From Candidatus Magasanikiibacteriota bacterium (lineage in GTDB: Bacteria; Patescibacteriota; Patescibacteriia; Magasanikbacterales; GWA2-37-8), in assembly GCA_023246655.1 (NCBI GenBank), contig JAHFHX010000005.1, positions 67-64,066 of the forward strand: a stretch of 64,000 bases of DNA, given 5' to 3'. The notes below the pieces were generated by a model. That model did no database searches, was not told the origin of the DNA, and saw only the letters and a list, made by a program, of their open reading frames with translations. A program made the position numbers and the translations under genes. Below, one piece after another: positions 58,353 through 64,000 of the stretch. Numbering within the stretch: position 1 is the stretch's first letter; the number at the start of each line of letters is the position of its first letter.

Positions 58353-59737
58353 AAGTTGTAGAATTTCTGAAATAAAAATTTCGTATCCGTCGGCCCCGGG
58401 CTCGCTTCCGGGTGAAACTGCACCGAAAAAAACGGCAGCGTCTCGTGCGCCACGCCTTCTACCGAATTATCATTCAAATTTCTAAAATTCACATACCAAC
58501 CCTTCGGGAGTGTTTTCTCATCCACCGCATACCCATGGTTTTGGCTGGTAATGACACACTTGCCCGAAAAGGAGCTACGCTCCCTCGGGCCAAGTTTCGT
58601 CCCTGCCCCGAGAGGGCCGCGCCCTTTTTCGGGGGCAAGTTCCATACATGGCTGATTCTGCCCGCGGTGGCCAAAGGGGAGTTTGTACGTTTTGGCGCCA
58701 GCGGCGAGCGCCATCAGTTGCGACCCCAAACAAATTCCCATAATTGGTTTTGGTTTTTTTCCGCCCGAAGCGGATCCGCCTTGGGCGGAGAGTGCCTTCT
58801 TTAAAATCGTAATCGTCTCCGTACACTGCGCCGGGTCGCCCGGGCCGTTGGAGAGGAAGAGGCCGTCGAATTTATCATTCGTGTAATCGTAATTGTAGGG
58901 CACGCGTTCAATAGTCCAGGGGAATTGTTGGAGGGAGCGGATGATGTTTTCTTTCATGCCGCAGTCCACGGCGATAATTGTTTTTGTCCGGCCAAGTCCC
59001 CCCTGTGAGGGGGGTAGGGGGGTGTGAGCCGTCGGGGACAATAAACTCGCATCCTTTGATAATTGGCGACGCACCGGTCTTACACCCCCCGGTGAGCCCC
59101 CCTCGAGGGGGGAGTTTCCGTGATACGTTTTTGGACGAGTGATTGAGACTTCGGCGACGAGATTGCGGGTATTGGGGTCGACAAAAGTGAGACCGCGAAC
59201 GAAACCCCTCTCTGTATCTCTCCCCTTATAGGAGAGAGAGTGATTGAGAGAAACGGCGATAGTTCCTTCGTTTACGGTTTTCCCTCCCCTATAAGGGGAG
59301 GGGCGCGGGGTGGGGTTTCGGTCACCGCTCACCATCGCCCCGAGCATCACCCCACTCTCCCTAATAATTTTCGTCAACGCCCGCGTATCCACGCCCATGA
59401 TAATCGGCACCTGTTCGTCCTTGAGCCACTCCAACAGCGACCGCAAGGCGGTAGCATGGCTATATTTCTCACACGCCTCACTTACCACCACTCCAGAAAG
59501 ATGAATTTTTTTGGATTCCCAGCGTCCAGGGCCAGGCACGCCGTAATTACCAATCAACGGATACGTAAACGTTAAAATTTGCCCATTATACGATGGGTCA
59601 GTCAGCGTTTCCACGTAGCCGGTCATGCCAGTGTTAAAGACGACCTCGCCATGAAAAACACCCTTCTGATGGGTGGGGGAGAGGCCAGGGAAGGATTGGC
59701 CGTTTTTTAGGAGGAGTTGGGAGGGGTTGAATTTCAT
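58340..59737 (-). CDS. carA: carbamoyl-phosphate synthase small subunit (glutamine amidotransferase)
   Basis: CarA N-domain plus class I GATase (GICLGSQ, HPE); about 85 aa longer than typical because of three palindromic inserts. Confidence 0.9.
   Translation of the reverse strand: MKFNPSQLLLKNGQSFPGLSPTHQKGVFHGEVVFNTGMTGYVETLTDPSYNGQILTFTYPLIGNYGVPGPGRWESKKIHLSGVVVSEACEKYSHATALRSLLEWLKDEQVPIIMGVDTRALTKIIRESGVMLGAMVSGDRNPTPRPSPYRGGKTVNEGTIAVSLNHSLSYKGRDTERGFVRGLTFVDPNTRNLVAEVSITRPKTYHGNSPLEGGSPGGVRPVRRQLSKDASLLSPTAHTPLPPSQGGLGRTKTIIAVDCGMKENIIRSLQQFPWTIERVPYNYDYTNDKFDGLFLSNGPGDPAQCTETITILKKALSAQGGSASGGKKPKPIMGICLGSQLMALAAGAKTYKLPFGHRGQNQPCMELAPEKGRGPLGAGTKLGPRERSSFSGKCVITSQNHGYAVDEKTLPKGWYVNFRNLNDNSVEGVAHETLPFFSVQFHPEASPGPTDTKFLFQKFYNLVSS
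58582..58616. repeat. small palindromic insert in carA (ccctcggg...ccccgagaggg)
   Basis: Encodes extra GPRERSSFSG-like segment. Confidence 0.45.
58997..59112. repeat. family B element in frame in carA
   Basis: tcccccctgtgagggggg...ggtgtgag...tcttacacccccc...cccctcgagggggg. Confidence 0.75.
59199..59319. repeat. family C element in frame in carA
   Basis: cgaaacccctctct...ccctcccctataaggggaggggcgcggggtggggtttcg; inverted copy of 758-854. Confidence 0.8.
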
Positions 59738-59807
59738 AAGGATATCCGCCAGAGGCGGGATTGTCAGCCAGACGGACTCTCTGTGCGAACAGCTCGTCTC
59801 GTCGCTG

Positions 59808-59840
59808 ACAAAAAAATACCACCCATTGTCGGGTGGCCGT
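59808..59840 (-). terminator. rho-independent terminator downstream of gatB
   Basis: ccacccgacaatgggtgg hairpin followed by T-run on the minus strand. Confidence 0.6.
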
Positions 59841-59938
59841 TAGTTTGTCTCCTGGTCAGTTGTATCGTTGGGATGGATTTTCATATCTAGCCCAGTATAA
59901 CAAACAGGAGTTAGGTAATCAAGTAGTACTATCCACAG

Positions 59939-61642
59939 TTATTTTAACCGTTCCCGCAGCAATTTCTCTACTACCACCGGATCCGCGCTCCCCTCCGTCG
60001 CCTTCATCGCCATGCCAATTAAAAATTTAATGATTGGGTCTTTGCCAGCTTTGAATTGAGCTACCTGAGCCGGGTAATTTTTTATTACTTCATCCACCAC
60101 GGCACCAATTTTACCAACATCGCTAACCTGCCCGTAGCCTTTTTCTTCCATAATATGCGTTGGGTCAAGATTAACACCGGAGTCGAGCATCGCGCCGAGA
60201 ATTTTTTGGGCGTTTGTTGAGTTTACGCGATTAGCATATACCAGGGCAATGAGTTCTGCAAAATTTTCTGGTTGAATTTTAAGAATTCGGATGTCAATTG
60301 TGCGTTCTTTCATGGCACCCATGAGTTTAGTGGTGAGCCACCCACCGGCAAGGCGGGCGAGTTCTTGGGCGGGTTTGCAAATCGGCGGACGAGCCCTCAC
60401 CCTGCCCTCTCCCGTGGGGAGAGGGTGTGATTGTCCGCCTCTCCCGGCGGGAGAGGTCGGGTGAGGGGCAATCGTACACTCATGCGTTTCGGGGAGGCTG
60501 TGGAGCCACTCGGACAGCTCGCTCATCACATTCTCCGCAAAATCTCCCCATACCTTGTCGGCAGTGAGCATAAACGCGTCAGCATAGGAGAAACCGTATT
60601 CTTTGTGGAAACGTTCTCGTCGTGTCTGCGGAAGTTCAGGAATGGTCACGCTCGCCGCAATCTCAAGGGGATGAAAAGCAGGAATATCTGGCTCCGGAAA
60701 ATAGCGATAGTCCGCCGAGGTTTCTTTGGAACGTTGGCGTACAGTCGTTTGTGTCGGGTCATCCCAGCCACGCGTCTCCTGGGCCCAACTCTCACCTTTT
60801 TCCAGCATCTCAGTCTGTCGCTTAATTTCAAACTCAATGGCTTTTTCCACCGCGCGGAACGAGTTAATATTTTTTACCTCAACTTTAGAATTTAATTTGC
60901 ATCCCGGCTTCGCCACAATCATTCCTTTTTCCTTGCTCCATGTTCCTTCCGTCTGCAAGGACACGTTCGCCTCACACCGCATCTGTCCTTTTTCCATATC
61001 GGCATCAGAGACACCAAGATAACGGAAAATGAGTTGTAATTCCTGACAGTACGTCTTGGCTTCTAACGCACTCTCAACGTCCGGCTCGGAAACAATTTCG
61101 ACGAGCGGTACTCCGGCACGATTGAAGTCGATCAACGTGCAATTGTCATTCTGAGAGAGCTTCGCAGCGACCGAAGAATCTAGTTGTCGCGAACTAGATC
61201 CTTCGCTGCGCTCAGGATGACAAATAGCATGGGCTAATTTAGCCGTATCCTCTTCCAAATGCACGCGCGTAATGCCGATGCGCGCCGTCCCTCGCGGATT
61301 TTTATCCGTCAACGTCAACTCAATTGCCCCATGTTCACCAATGGGTTCATCATACTGCGAAATCTGGTAACCTTTGGGCAAATCAGGATAAAAATAATGC
61401 TTACGATCAAATTTACTGTTCTCATTTATGCTGCAACCAAGCGCCCGCGCAATTTTTACGGTATCAATAATTGCCTGCTTATTTGGCACGGGCAATGTCC
61501 CCGGGTGCGCCAAACACACCTCGCATATGTTTACATTAGGAGTCTGGATGAACGGGTCATTCTTGCACGAACAAAACATTTTACTCGCTGTGTTGAGTTC
61601 AACGTGGATTTCAAGACCAATTATTGGTATATACTTGAGCAT
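59939..61642 (-). CDS. gatB: Asp/Glu-tRNA amidotransferase subunit B
   Basis: GatB N-terminal catalytic blocks and C-terminal YqeY domain; two in-frame palindromic inserts. Confidence 0.9.
   Translation of the reverse strand: MLKYIPIIGLEIHVELNTASKMFCSCKNDPFIQTPNVNICEVCLAHPGTLPVPNKQAIIDTVKIARALGCSINENSKFDRKHYFYPDLPKGYQISQYDEPIGEHGAIELTLTDKNPRGTARIGITRVHLEEDTAKLAHAICHPERSEGSSSRQLDSSVAAKLSQNDNCTLIDFNRAGVPLVEIVSEPDVESALEAKTYCQELQLIFRYLGVSDADMEKGQMRCEANVSLQTEGTWSKEKGMIVAKPGCKLNSKVEVKNINSFRAVEKAIEFEIKRQTEMLEKGESWAQETRGWDDPTQTTVRQRSKETSADYRYFPEPDIPAFHPLEIAASVTIPELPQTRRERFHKEYGFSYADAFMLTADKVWGDFAENVMSELSEWLHSLPETHECTIAPHPTSPAGRGGQSHPLPTGEGRVRARPPICKPAQELARLAGGWLTTKLMGAMKERTIDIRILKIQPENFAELIALVYANRVNSTNAQKILGAMLDSGVNLDPTHIMEEKGYGQVSDVGKIGAVVDEVIKNYPAQVAQFKAGKDPIIKFLIGMAMKATEGSADPVVVEKLLRERLK
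60394..60468. repeat. palindromic element family C'' in frame in gatB
   Basis: ccctcaccctgccctctcccgtggggagagggtg...ctctcccggcgggagaggtcgggtgagggg; 75 bp (25 codons); related to 36464-36500. Confidence 0.7.
61143..61223. repeat. family A variant element in frame in gatB
   Basis: ttgtcattctgagagagcttcgcagcgaccgaagaatctag...ctagatccttcgctgcgctcaggatgacaa; 81 bp (27 codons). Confidence 0.75.
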
Positions 61643-61654
61643 ACATCATGAAAA

Positions 61655-61770
61655 ATCTGCGAACATACGAACGGCTACGAACGTACGAACTACGAATAAT
61701 AATTAACGATGCCATTTTTGTTCGTAATTCGCATGTTCGTACTAAATTCGTACGTTCGTACATAATTACG
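61655..61770. repeat. repeat family E (tacgaa/ttcgta palindromic)
   Basis: cgaacatacgaacggctacgaacgtacgaactacgaa ... ttcgtaattcgcatgttcgtactaaattcgtacgttcgtac. Confidence 0.7.
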
Positions 61771-61850
61771 GTTGTTAGCTTACCATTCCTCTTGATTTTT
61801 GACAATATAAAAACCCCGAGTGAAACCCGGGGCCAAGTTGCCTGTGATAT

Positions 61851-62618
61851 TTAGATATTTGAGGGCGGAAGAGAGGAAGCTAAAGTAGTCGGGACAGGAT
61901 TTTTTTTGGCGCTGTGATACAAGAGTACCATGGCCAGAGTTGTAAGTGGGGCAATTAAGGCGCTGCTTACTGAAGTGGCAAAGTTGCGCACAACGTCCAT
62001 AACAAGCTCCGAGGAAATAATAAACGAGAATGGTGTGGCAATAAGAAATCGTATCACGACGGAGATAATGACAAAAAGTACATTAGGAGCAAAAATCAAT
62101 AGTGCCATTAACCACCAGCGACCAATAACCAACTTTTTGCTGGCTTTCAGAGCTTCGATACCACGTTGGTTGTCCAGAATGACAGCGTAGACAGCGAAAG
62201 AGAACCAGATGGTGAAGATCATTCCGGGAATAATAAAAAGGAGCGTGCCACCAAAAATAGCCAGACCAGCTAAGATTGAAGTAAAGATAAATGGCCAGAG
62301 TAGGCGACTAGAGGAGCTAAAAATTTGTTTCCATTCTGCCATAGTTTGGCCGCTCACAATTTGATTAACAGCATAGGTAAGAGAAACGGTGGCCCATAAA
62401 CTAAATAACAAACTGGCGACTACAACTACTACAATAATAATATTACTCATGAGAGCCGACGAAGGAATGAGTGAATTGAGGTACAGGCCCAGTACACCAA
62501 AAATGGAGCTGACGAGGGTGGGAAGGAATAGAAACAGCACGTAGATAGCCAAGCGCCGCCAATGCTGGCAGTAGGTTTTCCAGCTCGTAGTAATAAGTTC
62601 CGATAGTGAGATGAGCAT
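61851..62618 (-). CDS. multi-pass membrane hypothetical protein
   Basis: 255 aa with about 6 hydrophobic helices. Confidence 0.5.
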   Translation of the reverse strand: MLISLSELITTSWKTYCQHWRRLAIYVLFLFLPTLVSSIFGVLGLYLNSLIPSSALMSNIIIVVVVVASLLFSLWATVSLTYAVNQIVSGQTMAEWKQIFSSSSRLLWPFIFTSILAGLAIFGGTLLFIIPGMIFTIWFSFAVYAVILDNQRGIEALKASKKLVIGRWWLMALLIFAPNVLFVIISVVIRFLIATPFSFIISSELVMDVVRNFATSVSSALIAPLTTLAMVLLYHSAKKNPVPTTLASSLPPSNI

Positions 62619-62641
62619 ATGCTCGAATGATGAATGAAGAG

Positions 62642-63355
62642 TTAAGAATGATGAATCAGGAGAGTTCGTAACAAGTCAGTGGCTCGTTTTTTCATTATAC
62701 CAACATTTTCTTCTGCCGGCAAATTATGAATAACGCTGCCACGCCTGGTAAATAGTCTTTGATAGTTTGAAGAAGCAAACGTGCGAGCAATTTTTTTCTG
62801 GAATGTTAAACGTTCAAAGATAACGTTATCTTGTTTATTAGAGCGTCCGGTTAAGCGCCGTAGGGCTTGCTCTGGATCAATCGCGAGCAACACCAGGTGG
62901 TCAGGGCGATACTGGAGCGCCAACTTGTTGCCAACGAGATTGCTAACGATCGTCGTGGTCAAACTTTTTTCCATTGTCGGTTGATAGCACAACGAAGTTG
63001 AGACGCCGCGGTCTTGGACGACACATTTTTTATCTTGGAGCGCGGGGATAATAATTTTTTTATACAAGATAAGGCGGTCCAGCGAATAACTTTCGGCAAT
63101 AGCGCGCGGTGGGTAGTTATTGTTTTTATTAATTAATTCTTCGCGAATAATTTTACCAATGCCAACGTAACTTGGTTCGGAGCTAAAAATAAAATCATAG
63201 CTTTTGAGTTCAGCGTATGCTGGATAGTCGCCATTAGTTTTCCAATAGTCAGTCAAATCAAAAATGGCGTTACCTTCGGCGGTAAGGTAGTCTTTCCAGG
63301 TTTTAATTATGGTACTTTTACCGGAGCCGTCGATGCCGTCGAGCATTATAAACAT
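62642..63355 (-). CDS. tmk: thymidylate kinase
   Basis: P-loop DGIDGSGKST, DR(G) motif; adjacent to folA. Confidence 0.7.
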   Translation of the reverse strand: MFIMLDGIDGSGKSTIIKTWKDYLTAEGNAIFDLTDYWKTNGDYPAYAELKSYDFIFSSEPSYVGIGKIIREELINKNNNYPPRAIAESYSLDRLILYKKIIIPALQDKKCVVQDRGVSTSLCYQPTMEKSLTTTIVSNLVGNKLALQYRPDHLVLLAIDPEQALRRLTGRSNKQDNVIFERLTFQKKIARTFASSNYQRLFTRRGSVIHNLPAEENVGIMKKRATDLLRTLLIHHS

Positions 63356-63440
63356 AACTATGTACGAAATTACGAAATGTACGAAAGATACGAACTATAA
63401 AATTTCGTACCTTTCGTATTATTCGTATGTTCGCACATAA
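63356..63440. repeat. repeat family E overlapping folA 3' end
   Basis: tgtacgaaattacgaaatgtacgaaagatacgaa ... ttcgtattattcgtatgttcgcac; encodes folA C-terminal TYVRTYE. Confidence 0.65.
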
Positions 63441-63895
63441 GTTACAAACGCCAACCCTTCCCGCTCCTCCCTCTCCATCTCTTTCCAAACCTTCTTATCA
63501 ATCTCCGGGAAAAAAACGTCCCCTTCAATCGTCTGGTGGACCTCGGTAATATAGAGTGTATCAGCCTGGTCGAACGTTTGTCGATACATTTCGCCGCCGC
63601 CGATTACCATCACGTCGCCCTTCGCATGGGTGTTCAAGGCCTCATCAATCGTATGGTACACCTCGACACCGGCAGGCACCACGAGATCAGTGTGCCTTGT
63701 CACTACCACATTCGTCCGATTTGGCAGTGGACGAAATTTTTCCGGAATTGATTCCCAGGTTTTCCGGCCCATTAAGACAACTTTCCCCGTGGTCAATTTT
63801 TTGAAATGCTTAAGATCCTCCGGCAGGTACCACGGAAGAGTGTTGCTTTTGCCAATGCAATTGTTGTCTGAGACAGCGGCGATGAGTGATAACAC
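63419..63895 (-). CDS. folA: dihydrofolate reductase
   Basis: LIAAVS..N.IG..N.LPW, GRKTWESIP, VIGGG motifs; apparent GTG start. Confidence 0.85.
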   Translation of the reverse strand: MLSLIAAVSDNNCIGKSNTLPWYLPEDLKHFKKLTTGKVVLMGRKTWESIPEKFRPLPNRTNVVVTRHTDLVVPAGVEVYHTIDEALNTHAKGDVMVIGGGEMYRQTFDQADTLYITEVHQTIEGDVFFPEIDKKVWKEMEREEREGLAFVTYVRTYE

Positions 63896-63974
63896 AGATT
63901 ACGCAGATTATAATGGATTACGCAGATTCGAATCTGTGTAATCCACTTAAATCTGTCTGAATCTGTGTTATATC
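63891..63974. repeat. repeat family F (cacagattacgcagattcgaatctgtgta)
   Basis: Paralog of 24159-24264. Confidence 0.65.
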
Positions 63975-64000
63975 GCAATTGGGAAAGCAATTCTCGGATA

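Noticed and set aside
52936-61223. Possible CRISPR array suggested by many similar short repeats
   Set aside because: Repeats are palindromic and irregularly spaced, belong to several families, and lie inside ORFs. There is no repeat-spacer periodicity and no cas genes.
1-64000. tRNA, rRNA, tmRNA, RNase P or SRP RNA genes
   Set aside because: Scanned intergenic regions for hallmark motifs (T-loop GTTCGAATC-like, tmRNA and RNase P conserved blocks). None found. Only the uncertain ileS leader is reported.

Overview
Reading of a 64 kb window from a low-GC, gene-dense bacterial genome. Native genes mostly lack Shine-Dalgarno sequences, and the genome carries many families of short palindromic MITE-like repeats. 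Gene content is compatible with a small-genome uncultivated lineage (CPR/Patescibacteria-like); this placement is tentative.

Core genes recognised:
- recA, ftsK, rpoB-rpoC, a 2-Cys peroxiredoxin and an Fe/Mn SOD-like protein, yebC, ruvC, ruvA, and a type-2 ileS.
- A polyamine cluster: SpeA-like arginine decarboxylase, deoxyhypusine/homospermidine-synthase-like protein, SET-domain protein, N-carbamoylputrescine amidase and agmatine deiminase.
- trxB, rpe and rpiB.
- A complete de novo pyrimidine supercluster on the minus strand: pyrF, pyrE, pyrK, pyrD, pyrC, pyrI, pyrB, carB, carA, followed by gatB, tmk and folA.

Most notable observations:
1. Two visibly GC-rich, Shine-Dalgarno-bearing cargo islands (22.2-23.2 kb and 34.9-36.2 kb). 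Each follows the same about 36-nt terminator-linked boundary motif and sits divergently next to a native AT-rich TrmB-family regulator with a consensus sigma70 promoter. The second island carries a two-gene module of unknown function and is the best candidate for an undescribed system.
2. At least ten families of palindromic repeats. Several are inserted in frame inside essential genes (carB twice, carA three times, gatB twice, ileS, pyrK, capA-like). Some supply C-termini or stop codons (carB, ruvC, folA), reminiscent of Rickettsia palindromic elements.
3. Four inverted-repeat-flanked cassettes whose only cargo is a GxxExxY or four-helix-bundle ORF, the protein families known from rRNA intervening sequences.
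4. An ATP-grasp / degenerate PP-loop-like / Nif3-like operon of unknown function downstream of ileS.
5. A promoter- and terminator-bounded structured leader upstream of ileS with weak T-box-like motifs.
6. A small GC-rich two-TM ORF with a strong Shine-Dalgarno sequence, sitting antisense between carA and carB.

No tRNA, rRNA or CRISPR array was found.
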